DNA from: Macrostomum hystrix
Taxonomy: Eukaryota; Animalia; Platyhelminthes
Assembly: GCA_950097015.1 (NCBI GenBank)
Contig: CATNEN010000035.1
Span: 1,538,099-1,602,098 of the forward strand
DNA length: 64,000 nt
Reading direction: 5' to 3'
Shown: positions 21,820 to 34,907 of the stretch, piece after piece
How the letters are laid out: every line of letters starts with the position of its first letter
Position numbering within the stretch: the first letter of the stretch is position 1
Program-made: the position numbers and the translations under genes
The notes under the pieces: generated by a model
Database searches by the model: none
Told to the model about the DNA's origin: nothing
What the model saw: only the letters and a program-made list of their open reading frames with translations

Positions 21820-22298
21820 GAGGGTGGAGTGTTTATTAGTGAGGGTGGAGTGTTTATTAGTGAGGGTGGAGTGTTCATTAGTGAGGGTGGAGTGTTTGTT
21901 AGTGAGGGTGGAGTGTTTATTAGTGAGGGTGGAGTGTTTGTTAGTGAGGGTGGAGTGTTTATTAGTGTGGGTGGAGTGTTTATTAGTGGGGGTGGAGTGT
22001 TTATTAGTGAGGGTGGAGTGTTTATTAGTGAGGGTGGAGTGTTTATTAGTGAGGGTGGAGTGTTTATTAGTGAGGGTGGAGTGTTTATTAGTGAGGGTGG
22101 AGTGTTTATTAGTGAGGGTGGAGTGTTTATTAGTGAGGGTGGAGTGTTTATTAGTGAGGGTGGAGTGTTTATTAGTGAGGGTGGAGTGTTTATTAGTGAG
22201 GGTGGAGTGTTTATTAGTGAGGGTGGAGTGTTTATTAGTGAGGGTGGAGTGTTTATTAGTGAGGGTGGAGTGTTTATTAGTGAGGGTGGAGTGTTTAC
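21820..22298. repeat. 21-bp minisatellite (GAGGGTGGAGTGTTTATTAGT)n
   Basis: About 23 units. Confidence 0.96.
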
Positions 22299-22724
22299 TT
22301 AATTTATTTACATTCTGCCTTTTAGAGCGAGGACTCGAAGAGACTGCTTTAAACCAACCGTTAGTCAACAGAAACAAATCAATTATTAGTAAACCAGTGC
22401 GGACCCTTGCCTGCCAATCCGTGAAGAATTTTTTATACCTTTCCAATTAAACGCACTTTTAGCTTTTGGAGATATTTTTACCTGAAAGACTAGCTTTGTA
22501 CGCCTTTTTGTCCGTTATCTGTCAATCAAAATTATTGTTCACTTCGTGTGACCTACAAAAAGGAAAGAACTTTAAAATGAAGTTGGTTTTCGCTCCTCAG
22601 ATAAATACTTCCATTGATCTTTTTTACATTTTTTTATTCGAAAAGTTCGATTTATTTATTAAAAAATTGCATCCTGCAGCTTTGAGTCTTACTAGATTTC
22701 ATAGATCTCATCCCGAGAATGTAG

Positions 22725-23313
22725 GGGTGAGACTGTAGGGGTGAGAATGTAGGGGTGAGACTGTAGGGGTGAGACTGCAGGGGTGAGACTGTAGGGGTGA
22801 GACTGCAGGGGTGAGACTGCAGGGGTGAGACTGCAGGGGTGAGACTGCAGGGGTGAGACTGCAGGGGTGAGACTGCAGGGGTGAGACTGCAGGGGTGAGA
22901 CTGCAGGGGTGAGACTGCAGGGGTGAGACTGCAGGGGTGAGACTGCAGGGGTGAGACTGCAGGGGTGAGACTGCAGGGGTGAGACTGCAGGGGTGAGACT
23001 GCAGGGGTGAGACTGCAGGGGTGAGACTGCAGGGGTGAGACTGCAGGGGTGAGACTGCAGGGGTGAGACTGCAGGGGTGAGACTGCAGGGGTGAGACTGC
23101 AGGGGTGAGACTGCAGGGGTGAGACTGCAGGGGTGAGACTGCAGGGGTGAGACTGCAGGGGTGAGACTGCAGGGGTGAGACTGCAGGGGTGAGACTGCAG
23201 GGGTGAGACTGCAGGGGTGAGACTGCAGGGGTGAGACTGCAGGGGTGAGACTGCAGGGGTGAGACTGCAGGGGTGAGACTGCAGGGGTGAGACTGCAGGG
23301 GTGAGACTGCAGG
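22725..23313. repeat. 14-bp minisatellite (GCAGGGGTGAGACT)n
   Basis: About 42 near-perfect units, each with a G4 run. Confidence 0.97.
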
Positions 23314-23699
23314 GCCCTAATCTACAAAGTTTGCTAGTCGCGTTACTGGGTATTTTACTTTCGATAATTACCTTTAAAACAATATTTTCGCAAGATAAAT
23401 TGCTTCTCTGAGCAGCTCACATGCATCAGAAAATTTAATTAAAATGCTTTCTAATTATATTTTTCTCTTAGTAGATATATTTTCAAATCTCGTAAACATT
23501 TGGCGAAAAATGATTTCAATTTATGGCACTTTACAAAGAAAACAGGTTCCTGAAAAAATCGGCTAAATTTTGAATAATTTATTGACATCACATTGGCATA
23601 ACTCACCTGTCACTTACCTTAGTCTTCAGGTCAATTAGTACAAAGGGATAAACAGGAAGAGTGATTAGAAATTTTACCTTGAAAATAGGACAGAAAAAC

Positions 23700-24058
<359 letters not shown>

Positions 24059-24070
24059 CAGTGAGCTCAC

Positions 24071-25905
24071 CAGAGACAAAATACTGTACGTAGGCAACGG
24101 CAGCATCCGCAAAGTTGCGCAGTCGCAGACAGCTGACTGTGAGCAGAGCAGCCGTGTCTGTGTAACGCTGCTCCAGCAGTGTCTGCATCCCGCCTGGCGA
24201 CATTCGGCGGAAAGCGAACTCGCCGCCGGCGCTCTGTCCGGAGGTCGCAAACTCCATCTCGTAAACTCGCCAGTCGCTAGCGGAGAGCAGCAAGTCGCTG
24301 TTCGTACTGGCCCAGATCTCAGTACTGGTGTCGCTGCGCCTCAGTGACAGCTTGCTGTTTGAGAAGGCGCCGAATGTGGCCTCAAAGCTGAGCAGTGTGG
24401 TGCTCCATTTGGTGTACGGATACGAGCTATCCGGGAACAGGCCAATACCGAAGGCTGAGCCAGCTCTGATGGTCAGGCGAAGGCGGATGCGGTCGGCATC
24501 CAGGCCGCGGTTGAGGTCGTAGCACTCCAGGGCGTATTGGGAGGCCGCGCTGGTGTCAGCGGAACCGCTGGATTCGAAACTGCGGTTCACACTCGACCCG
24601 CTGCTCCATGGGATGCAGGCTGCGGTGAAGGGTGGGTGAGAGTTGAGTTAGAGTTGGGGGAGAGTTGGGTGACAGTTGGTTGAGAGTTGGGTGACAGTTG
24701 TGTGACAGTTGGGTGACAGTTGGGTGACAGTTGGGTGACAGTTGGGTGACAGTTGGGTGACAGTTGGGTGACAGTTGGGTGACAGTTGGGTGACAGTTGT
24801 GTGACAGTTGGGTGACAGTTGGGTGACAGTTGGTGAGAGTGGTGACAGTTGGGTGACAGTTGGGTGACAGTTGGGTGACAGTTGGGTGACAGTTGGGTGA
24901 CAGTTGGTGAGAGTTGGGTGACAGTTGGGTGACAGTTGGGTGACAGTTGGGTGACAGTTGGGTGAGAGTTGGGTGACAGTTGGTTGAGAGTTGGGTGACA
25001 GTTGTGTGACAGTTGGGTGACAGTTGGGTGACAGTTGGGTGACAGTTGGGTGAGAGTTGGGTGACAGTTGGGTGACAGTTGGGTGACAGTTGGGTGACAG
25101 TTGGGTGAGAGTTGGGTGACAGTTGGGTGACAGTTGGGTGACAGTTGTGTGACAGTTGGGTGACAGTTGTGTGAGAGTTGGGTGACTGGAGTGAATTACT
25201 AAGTGGCTTTAATGTCTCAGTGTTTCAGACAAGAAGCTCTCTTTTTTACAAAACTTTACCACCCTTTTTGTCATTGTCATGCTCACAGGCCCACTCAAGG
25301 CTCACGGACTATCTACTAGTGGTCCTTGTCAAGGCTTTGCTACGGAATATTTTAACAGCTTAAAATTCTCAAAATTGCTGACTCCACTCATTCTGATTGC
25401 CAAGTAGCAGTATTTTTTGTAGAATTTTTGTAGGGTGTAGCGTGGAAAAAAAATAAGTAGTCGATAGTGAGCTGCCTGTTTCAGCTCGAAAGCGTTGTCA
25501 ATAACAGGGACAGAAAGTACTTGAGATGCTCTTGAGAGCATCAGACTGACTCAGAAAGTCTAATAGTCACTCTGAAGTGAATGTGAATGATGCTCATGAG
25601 ATTGTGTATGATGCTCATGAGATTGTGAATGATGCTCATAAGATTGTGAATGATGCTCATGGCATTGTGAATGATGCTCATGGCATTGTGAATGATGCTC
25701 ATGAGATTGTGAATGATGCTCATGAGATTTTGAATGATGCTCATGAGATTGTGAATGATGCTCATGAGATTATGAATGATGCTCATGCGATTGTGAAAGA
25801 TGCTCATGGGAGGGGGAATATAACATGTTATTGAGAGTGTTGCTCACCTGCACGAACCAGAACAACAGTCAGTTGGCAAAGGACGATAAAGTTGAGAATT
25901 TTCAT
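24071..25905 (-). CDS. Secreted protein with a farnesoic-acid-O-methyltransferase-like (Methyltransf_FA) domain; exons 25905-25848 and 24619-24071; 3' end unresolved
   Basis: Signal exon MKILNFIVLCQLTVVLVRA with a phase-1 GTGAGC donor, then a 549-nt open phase-1/1 exon. LRLTIRAGSAFGIGL..FEATFGAFSNSKLSLRR..LLSASDWRVYEMEF resembles the family pattern F.V.A..DA.I.L..YEI.IGG..N..S.IRR..LS..E.R.FWI.W (recognised from memory). Confidence 0.65.
24645..25187. repeat. 11-bp minisatellite (GTTGGGTGACA)n in FAMeT intron 1
   Basis: Directly visible. Confidence 0.95.
25575..25808. repeat. 21-bp minisatellite (GAGATTGTGAATGATGCTCAT)n in FAMeT intron 1
   Basis: About 11 units. Confidence 0.94.
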
Positions 25906-26234
25906 AGTAGATCTGGATTAACTCCAATGGTAAGGATTTAAGGTTGCTTTTCTGCCTGCTCTGCTTGCTTTTCAATTGAGTGCTTTAGTTTTCAGATTAA
26001 TGAATGCACAACTCTTAACTTAATTATTTACACGCTTGATTGCACCGGGATTAGCTTTGGATATTGTGATGCCTTTTCTGTTTCCTGTTTAAAGCTGTTT
26101 CCACCCAATAATAATGCTCCATACAATTTTTCTCTATCATCCGACTAGACAAAACTGGCTGGCTTTGGCTGATAACTATAGGCTGGGGCTCTTGAGAGCC
26201 GGCTGCTAGGGGGAAGGCCTTGTAGAACCTGGTG

Positions 26235-27210
26235 AAAGCATTGTGAGAATCATGTGAGAGCATTGTGAGAATCATGTAAGAATATCGTGAGAATCAGGCG
26301 AGAGTGTCCTGAGAATCAGGCGAGAGTGTCCTGAGAATCAGGAGAGAGCATCGTGAGAATCAGGAGAGAGCATCGTGAGAATCAGGAGAGAGCATCGTGA
26401 GAATCAGGAGAAGATCGTGAATCCGTGAGAATCAGGAGAGAGCATCGTGAGAATCAGGAGAGAGCATCGTGAGAATCAGGAGAGAGCATCGTGAGAATCA
26501 GGAGAGAGCATCGTGAGAATCAGGAGAGAGCATCGTGAGAATCAGGTAAGAGAATTGTGAGAATCATGTAAGAGTATCGTGAGAATCAGGCGAGCGTGTC
26601 CTGAGAATCAGGAGAGATTATCGTGAGAATCAGGTGAGATTATAATCCTGAGAATCAGATAAGAGCATCGTGAGAATCAGGATAGAGAGTCCTGAGAATC
26701 AGGAGAGAGCATCATGAGAATCAGGAGAGAGTATCGTGAGAATCAGGAGAGCATCATGAGAATCAGGAGAGAGTATCGTGAGAATCAGGAGAGATTATCG
26801 TGAGAATCAGGTGAGATTATAATCCTGAGAATCAGATGAGAGCATCGTGAGAATCAGGAGAGAGTATCGTGAGAATCAGGAGAGAGTGTCCTGAGAATCA
26901 GGAGAGAGTGTCCTGAGAATCAGGAGAGAGTGTCCTGAGAATCAGGAGAGAGTGTCCTGAGAATCAGGAGAGAGTGTCCTGAGAATCAGGAGAGAGTGTC
27001 CTGAGAATCAGGAGAGAGTATCGTGAGAATCAGGAGAGAGTATCGTGAGAATCAGGAGAGAGTATCGTGAGAATCAGGAGAGAGTGTCGTGAGAATCAGG
27101 AGAGAGTATCGTGAGAATCAGGAGAGAGTGTCGTGAGAATCAGGAGAGAGTATCGTGAGAATCAGGAGAGAGTATCGTGAGAATCAGGAGAGAGTATCGT
27201 GAGAATCAGG
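26235..27210. repeat. ~22-bp minisatellite (GAGAATCAGGAGAGAGTATCGT)n
   Basis: Directly visible, with variant blocks. Confidence 0.94.
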
Positions 27211-27624
27211 TAAAAGCACTGAGGCACCGCAGTCACAAGGCTGCACTGTTTTTCATGCATTTTCCGATTCTGTCCTCTGAAGGCTAAAAGTACTTTTGCA
27301 ATTCAATTATCAAAATGGGCTGACAATTTAGTGGGATGGGATTCAGTGAACTTACGTTAATTAATAGCCGTGGATTTGGCATTTATGAGGCATTGGCAAG
27401 AATGGTTTTTACTAGCATTAGTTTATTTTGCTGATGGTTTTTGATACCTCCTAATGCTCATTGACATTATCTACTTCAATCGATAATAATATTTCTTTTA
27501 TAAAACTCTAAATTCTACTCACTACTCACTACTTACTATCAGTAGGAAACGAAAGTAATTGTGTAAATTAATTAAGGCAGAATTACAGTTTCATAAAATA
27601 TTTTTGCAATTCAATCAGGTGTCT

Positions 27625-28048
27625 CGGATGGGGTATTTCGGATGGGGTATTTCGGATGGGGTATTTCGGATGGGGTATTTCGGATGGAGCATTTCGGATG
27701 GGGTATTTCGGATGGGGTATTTCGGGTGGGGTAATTCCAATGGGGCATTTCGGATGGGTTTATTCCAATGGGGTATTTCGGATGGAGTATTTCGGATGGG
27801 GTAATTCCAATGGGGCATTTCGGATGGGGTAATTCCAATGGGGTATTTCGGATGGAGTATTTCGGATGGGGTAATTCCAATGGGGCATTTCGGATGGGGT
27901 AATTCCAATGGGGCATTTCGGATGGGGTATTTCGGATGGGGTATTTCGGATGGGGTATTTCGGATGGGGTATTTCGGATGGGTTAGTTCGGATGGGGTAA
28001 TTCCAATGGGGTATTTAAGATGGGGTATTTCGGATGGGGTATTTCGGG
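27625..28048. repeat. 14-bp minisatellite (GGGGTATTTCGGAT)n with GGGGTAATTCCAAT variants
   Basis: Directly visible. Confidence 0.93.
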
Positions 28049-28842
28049 TTTTTCTTATTTCGAGCACTATATTTTCTCTTGTAATCGGACTTCTCTGCAA
28101 ATGTTAACAAAAATTAATAGTACTCACGAGAGGCCAAGACATTTATAGCAGATATTAAAGGAAGGATCCGGTAAAGAGAAATAGAAGGGCCAGCTGCAAT
28201 TCCTGAAGCACAATGCGCACCTGGCCTTGTCTGAGTTGCCGAGTTGCTTAGTTAAAGCCATCAGGAATTTTCCAGATGTCCGCATTGGCTACGGCCGGCA
28301 TCATTTTTAATAGGCGGGAACTAAATCTTATTAGGAAGTGAAGGGGATTGTGAACACACTGGGGAAGAGAATCCAGGTGCCCAGCCTAATCACCGCCGAA
28401 AAAAAACCCCGACTCAACACACCAGTGTCTCATTCGTCGCAATGTTATCAATAAATGGGATTTTCGTATTCGTTTGCGCTGTTCAAATATGTCCCTAAAG
28501 TCGTGGGATAATTTGAGGCTGGTCGCGTGTCTCGTTGCTTCTTTTTATTATTATTTGCTTTTTTCTGCTTTTAGATTGAAGAAAAGCAGCGGACTTGAAT
28601 TAAGTCCTATAGCTTGAGCTAGCTTTAGCCACCCACTCGGGCCTTTGTTAAGTTTGCCTGACTGATGGGCCAGAAAATTGAACTGACAAGCTGCTTGAGG
28701 TGGGTGCGACAAATCTGCAGCTTTGATGGCTTTCCGCGTATCAATTTTCAATATCTCAAAGCTAACATTATGAAATCTGGCGCACTACTTTCTTTGGTAA
28801 AATGGTGTGAAGAAAAAATGGCTCTCTCGAACTGAAATAATC

Positions 28843-29860
28843 CCAAACTGAAAAGATCCCAAACTCAAAGATCCCAAACAGGAAAGATCCCAAACTGGAA
28901 AGATCACAAATTATATAACGATAAAAAAATGGAGAGAACCCTAATTAGAAAGATCCCAAACAGGAAAGATCCCAAACTGGAAAGATCCCAAACTGGAAAG
29001 ATCCCAAACGCAAATATCCCAAACGCAAAGATCCCAAATTATAAAGATCCCAGATTATAAAGATCCCAAATTATAAAGATCCCAGATTATAAAGATCCCA
29101 AATTATAAAGGATTCCAAAATTAAAAATCCCAAACTCAAAGATCAAAAATTATAAAGAATTCCAAAATTAAAAAATCCCAAACTCAAAGATCCCAAATTA
29201 TAAAGATCCCAAACTCAAAGATCCCAAATTATAAAGATCCCAAACTCAAAGATCCCAAATTACAAGTATAAAGATCCCAAACTCAAAGATCCAAAATTAC
29301 AAAGATCCCAAATTATAAAGATCCCAAACTCAAAGATCCCAAATTATAAAGATCCCAAACTCAAAGATCCAAAATTACAAGTATAAAGATCCCAAACTCA
29401 AAGATCCCAAATTATAAAGATCCCAAACTCAAAGATCCCAAATTATAAAGGATTCCAAAATAAAAAATCCCAAACTCAAAGATCCCAAACTCAAAGATCC
29501 CAAATTATAAAGGATTCCAAAATAAAAAATCCCAAACTCAAAGATCCCAAACTCAAAGATCCAAAATTATAAAGGATTCCAAAATAAAAAATCCCAAACT
29601 CAAAGATCCCAAACTCAAAGATCCCAAACTCAAAGATCCCAAACTCAAAGATCCCAAATTATAAAGATCCCAAACTCAAAGATCCCAAACTCAAAGATCC
29701 CAAACTCAAAGATCCCAAACTCAAAGATCCCAAATTATAAAGATCCCAAACTCAAAGATCCCAAACTCAAAGATCCCAAACTCGAAGATCCCAAACTCGA
29801 AGATCCCAAATTCAAAGATCCCAAATTATAAAGATCCCAAACTCAAAGATCCCAAGCTCA
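28843..29860. repeat. 15-bp minisatellite (AAAGATCCCAAACTC/TTAT)n
   Basis: Directly visible. Confidence 0.93.
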
Positions 29861-30464
29861 GCGATCTCAGACTGAAGGATTCCTTAAGTGGTAATGTGAT
29901 TTCATATAGGCCTATTTGCCAAGAAAATCATTATAATCAGCCTGGTAGGTACTGCACTGCCTTGACTTACTTTGACTTAGCGGCAGGGAGCCTCCATACT
30001 GCACTGCCATTCTAATCGCAGTTTTTTTATTTTAAAGTGGACGTTGAGTCATCTAAACTACAGATTTAACTCGCTTAGCTACCCTAACAACATGGGCAGC
30101 GGCACAGAAAAATCGCTACATCATGCACCAGCCATCTGCGAAGAACAACTAAACTACCACATAGCAACCGAATCAACCGTACCCCAAACTGGATTCAGAA
30201 GCCATGCTGTAACCATGATGCTGCACAAGCATTTAATTCAATTCTTTGCGAATCGCAACATCTATCCCATACCATATTTGTAATCAACAATCCTAAATAT
30301 GTGCCATTGGAGTGATTTTTAACATGCAAGTTAACTGGCAATCATTACCTTTTTAGCTTGAAGCAAGGGCTTGTTTGTCTTTAAGGCCTCAAAGGCTATA
30401 ATAGATACAGAATCCAAGAGACAACAGTGGGTCGCATTGACTGGGGAGAAATGAGACAGGGGAA

Positions 30465-31066
30465 AGATGAGATCGGGAGAAAAGAGACAGGGAGAGAAGA
30501 GACAGGGGAGAGAAGAGACAGGGGAGAGAAGAGACAGGGGAGAGAAGAGACAGGGGAGAGAAGAGACAGGGGAGAGAAAGAGACAGGGGAGAGAAGAGAC
30601 AGGGGAGAGAAGAGACAGGGGAGAGAAGAGACAGGGGAGAGAAGAGACAGGGGAGAGAAGAGACAGGGGAGAGATAAGACTGCAGGGGAGAGAAGAGACA
30701 GGGGAGAGAAGAGACAGGGGAGAGAAGAGACAGGGGAGAGATAAGACTGCAGGGGAGAGAAGAGACAGGGGAGAGAAGAGACAGGGGAGAGAAGAGACAG
30801 GGGAGAGAAGAGACAGGGGAGAGAAGAGACAGGGGAGAGAAGAGACAGGGGAGAGAAGAGACAGGGGAGAGAAGAGACAGGGGAGAGAAGAGACAGGGGA
30901 GAGAAGAGACAGGGGAGAGAAGAGACAGGGGAGAGAAGAGACAGGGGAGAGAAGAGACAGGGGAGAGAAGAGACAGGGGAGAGAAGAGACAGGGGAGAGA
31001 AGAGACAGGGGAGAGAAGAGACAGGGGAGAGAAGAGACAGGGGAGAGAAGAGACAGGGGAGAGAAG
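30465..31066. repeat. 16-bp minisatellite (GAGAAGAGACAGGGGA)n
   Basis: Its reverse complement differs by one base from the unit of the 1044-2375 array. Confidence 0.95.
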
Positions 31067-31585
31067 GTATAGATGCCAAACCTAGGATTAGAAAAACACA
31101 GTGTCATTATTTCAACCGTTACGAAATTAAGCGACATTAAATCAAAGTGAAATCACATTTCTGTTTAAAAAATCAACCACTGCTATATAGCAATCGGAAG
31201 CATTTATTGTATGTACATCAATTTTTTAAGGCCGAAAAACTACTAGCGAACAAAAACTGAACATGAATTTGAATAATTCAGTACAATGCGCAAATGAGCG
31301 AACATTGAAATTACGCGATTTCGACTCGTTGGAAAAATAAATGTTACTATTATTGCAGGGAAATTTGAATTTATTTACACATTCGAATTTTGGCAGAACT
31401 GAAAACGCGAAAATGCTTCGTAAACTTGTGCGATGAAGAATGATGGTTGTCATTCACTTTCCAGATTCACACAGAGATGACTATTGATTGATTGACACAT
31501 TGACAGCATATAAAATTTGTGTACTTGGCAGCACTCCATTATGTACAGTTCAGTATCAGTCTCCGCATTGTAGCAATCAATCAAA

Positions 31586-34330
31586 TTAGGTGAAGGCACC
31601 AATGTCCGCGCCACCCCAAGGCCTGTACGGCTTCTGTGGAGTCAGCGGATGCTGCTGATAATGATGATGCTGAGGCTGCTGCTGATGATGCTGCTGATCG
31701 TGCTGCTGGAACTGATGATAGTGCTGCTGCTGCTGCTGCTGCTGCTGATCGTGCTGCGACGCCAGACTGTGATGCTGCTGCTGCTGTTGCTGATAGTAAG
31801 CGGCAGTCGGGTTTGGATGCTGGCAGCTCTGCAGCAGGCCGCTAAATGAGCTTGGATGGTAATAGCCCGCGTTGCCATGACTACCGGCTGCACCGGTCGG
31901 AACGAAGGCGCCCATGGAACCGCCACCGCCGACGACACCGCCGCGTGGCTCAGATTCAAAGGCGGCCGCTGCGGCTGCTGCTGCGGCTGCTGCAGCGTAG
32001 CCAGCCGATAGGCCCGTCGGCGGAGCGGCTGCCGCCGCTGTCTGCCACGCGCCAGCTGACGGTGGCGGCAGCGGCGGCAGCGATGGAGGCGACGGTGGCG
32101 ACACGGGCAGCAGGCCGGCTCCTGGCGGGCGCGTAACGGACGTTGACGCGGATCGTTGAGCGCTGCACCACTGCAGGTGAGTCAGAAGGCGGCTGCGCAT
32201 CGAGTCCCAGTGCTGCTCGCCAGCCAGCAGTGAGGAGCCGTTGTCGCCGCAGCCGAGCAGAAATCTGTGCACTTCGGCAGCGCACTCGCGGAATCCCATA
32301 TTTCTGGCGTCGATAGCAACCGCCGCGGCGTCCGTTGGCGAACCGACGCCGCCGCCCTTCTGCTGCTGATGCTGCAGTGAGCGCAGGTAATCCACCGTCA
32401 TCTGCAGAATCTCGGCCTTCTCAAGCTTGGCCGAGCCCTGTTTCTCGAATGCGCTCGGCACCAGGCGCTTCAGCTCGCTCAGGCTGCTGTTGATTCGATC
32501 TCGACGACGCTTCTCGATCATCTGCGTGCAGCGCGGAATTGGGATTTTCCAGTGAGGACAGACTCAGGAGCTTGGTGGGAATAGGGGAACAGATGAGACA
32601 CGAGAGAGGATGAGACACGAGAGAGATGAGACACGAGAGAGATGAGACACGAGAGGGATGAGACACGGGAGGGATGAGACACGAGAGAGATGAGACACGA
32701 GAGAGATGAGACACGAGAGAGATGAGACACGAGAGAGATGAGACACGAGAGGGATGAGACACGGGAGGGATGAGACACGAGAGAGATGAGACACGAGAGA
32801 GATGAGACACGAGAGAGATGAGACGAGAGAGAGATGAGACACAAGAGAGATGAGACACGAGAGAGATGAGACACGAGAGGGATGAGACACGGAAGAGATG
32901 AGACACGGAAGAGATGAAACACGAGAGAGATGAGAAACGAGAGAGATGAGACACGAGAGAGATGAGACACGAGAGAGATGAGACACGGGAGGGATGAGAC
33001 ACGAGAGAGATGAGACATGAGAGAGATGAGACACGAGAGAGATGAGACAAGAGAGAGATGAGACACGGGAGGGATGAGACACGAGAGAGATGAGACATGA
33101 GAGAGATGAGACACGGGAGAGATGAGACACGAGAGAGATGAGACACGAGAGAGATGAGACGAGAGAGAGATGAGACACGAGAGAGATGAGACACGAGAGA
33201 GATGAGACACGAGAGAGATGAGACACGAGAGAGATGAGACACGGAAGAGATGAGACACGGAAGAGATGAAACACGAGAGAGATGAGAAACGAGAGAGATG
33301 AGACACGAGAGAGATGAGACAAGAGAGAGATGAGACACGGGAGGGATGAGACACGAGAGAGATGAGACATGAGAGAGATGAGACACGAGAGAGATGAGAC
33401 ATGAGAGAGATGAGACACGAGAGAGATGAGACACGAGAGAGATGAGACAAGAGAGAGATGAGACACGGGAGGGATGAGACACGAGAGAGATGAGACATGA
33501 GAGAGATGAGACACGAGAGAGATGAGACACGAGAGAGATGAGACACGGGAGGGATGAGACACGGGAGGGATGAGACACGAGAGAGATGAGACACGAGAGA
33601 GATGAGACATGAGAGAGATGAGACACGAGAGAAATGGGACACGACAGAGATGAGAAACGAGAGAGATGAGACACGGAAGAGATGAGACACAGAAGAGATG
33701 AGACACGGAAGAGATGAGACACGGGAGAGATGAGACACGGGAGAGATGAGACACGGGAGAGATGAAACACGAGAGAGATGAGACACGGAAGAGATGAGAC
33801 ACGAGAGAGATAAGACACGGAAGAGATGAGACACGGAAGAAATGAGACACGGGAGAGATGAGACACGGGAGAGATGAGACACGGGAGAGATGAAACACGA
33901 GAGAGATGAGACACGGAAGAGATGAGACACGAGAGAAGACGAGACAGGGGAGAGATGAGACAGGGGAGAGATGAGACACGAGAGAGATGAGACACGAGAG
34001 AGATGAGACATGGGAAAAATAAGACACTAGCCGATCTATAGCAGAGTAACGACTATGCAAAAAGTGTGGCAAAGGCCTGAACTCACCCCTCGTCTTCTCT
34101 TCCTGTTTGCACTTTTAACATTCTGGCCCGGATATCTGCAATTGAAAAAGAAGGCGCAATCAATAATCAATGTACTGAGCTGTGATCTAGGCTGAAATAA
34201 AGTACAGAAGCACGGTACACAATGCAGTGCAGAGTTAACAACAGTACACTTACTGCATTGCCATTTCATCCGAGTCTGACTCACTGCTGTCGCAGCTTCC
34301 ACTCTGCTTCATCTGCATGTGCAGCTTCAT
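31586..34330 (-). CDS. HEY: Hey (hairy/E(spl)-related with YRPW motif) bHLH-Orange repressor, 353 aa; exons 34330-34254, 34135-34087 and 32521-31586
   Basis: N-terminal [11 protein letters not shown], basic region RKRRRG|[46 protein letters not shown], Orange domain [15 protein letters not shown]-terminal [15 protein letters not shown]. Splice sites and phases are consistent. Confidence 0.95.
32590..34015. repeat. 16-bp minisatellite (GAGAGATGAGACACGA)n in Hey intron 2
   Basis: About 88 units. It explains three long spurious minus-strand ORFs. Confidence 0.96.
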
Positions 34331-34363
34331 CGATTAGTCTTTGTCTGAGCAGCAGTATCGGCC

Positions 34364-34686
34364 TGGCACGTGCTGGATCGTATGGCTGGGCGTTGGTCGC
34401 GGGAGTTCTCGCTTTGGCACTTCCTGCGCGCCTGGGCTTGGATTTAATACGACTATCGGCAGCTGAGGATTCTGGACCAACTCCAACCAGCACGCGGCCC
34501 GCCGTCTGCCCAATCCTCATTGGTCGGGGGTTGAAAGGGCCCGACCCCCCAGCCCGACTGGGGTTGGTCGCGTGCCATGGCACGTGAAGCCCCGCCCACC
34601 CACCCCCCTCCGCCAGTGGTCCCAAGAATTCTCAAGTCAATTGTGGGAGTTCCAGAGCAAAATTCTATGGATATTTCTCGCACGCG
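34364..34686. promoter_or_regulatory. Hey proximal promoter/5'UTR with five Hes/Hey-type sites (CACGTG x2, CACGCG x3), a CCAAT and a GC box
   Basis: TGGCACGTGCT at 34364, CACGCG at 34491, CGCGTGCCATGGCACGTG at 34569-34586, CACGCG at 34681, ATTGG near 34520 and GCCCGCCC near 34589. Confidence 0.6.
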
Positions 34687-34907
34687 ACCGACACACGGTC
34701 GGGTTCTCGTATTTTGAGCAGTTTTTTATTTAGCTGATAGTGGACTCAGATTAATGTTGAATGCTGATAAGCCTGAATGCAGTCCCAGTTGAATGCTTAT
34801 GAAAATGTCATATGAAATCCATTCATCTATATGTTAATTGTAGCATTCTGGGATTTATTGTTAAATGACATACCAGGAGGCATGGGCTGGCAGATTCTGG
34901 AATCTTA

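Noticed and set aside
23600-23630. Possible 6-nt micro-exon (ACTAAG) with a branch-like TACTAAT and GTAAGT/GTGAGT donors downstream of the FAMeT exon
   Set aside because: In the required phase it gives D-stop. It cannot be distinguished from chance without transcripts.
34330-34800. Paired Su(H)/CSL sites in the Hey promoter
   Set aside because: Only a non-canonical GTGGGAG and partial TGAGAA matches were found, with no YGTGRGAA.
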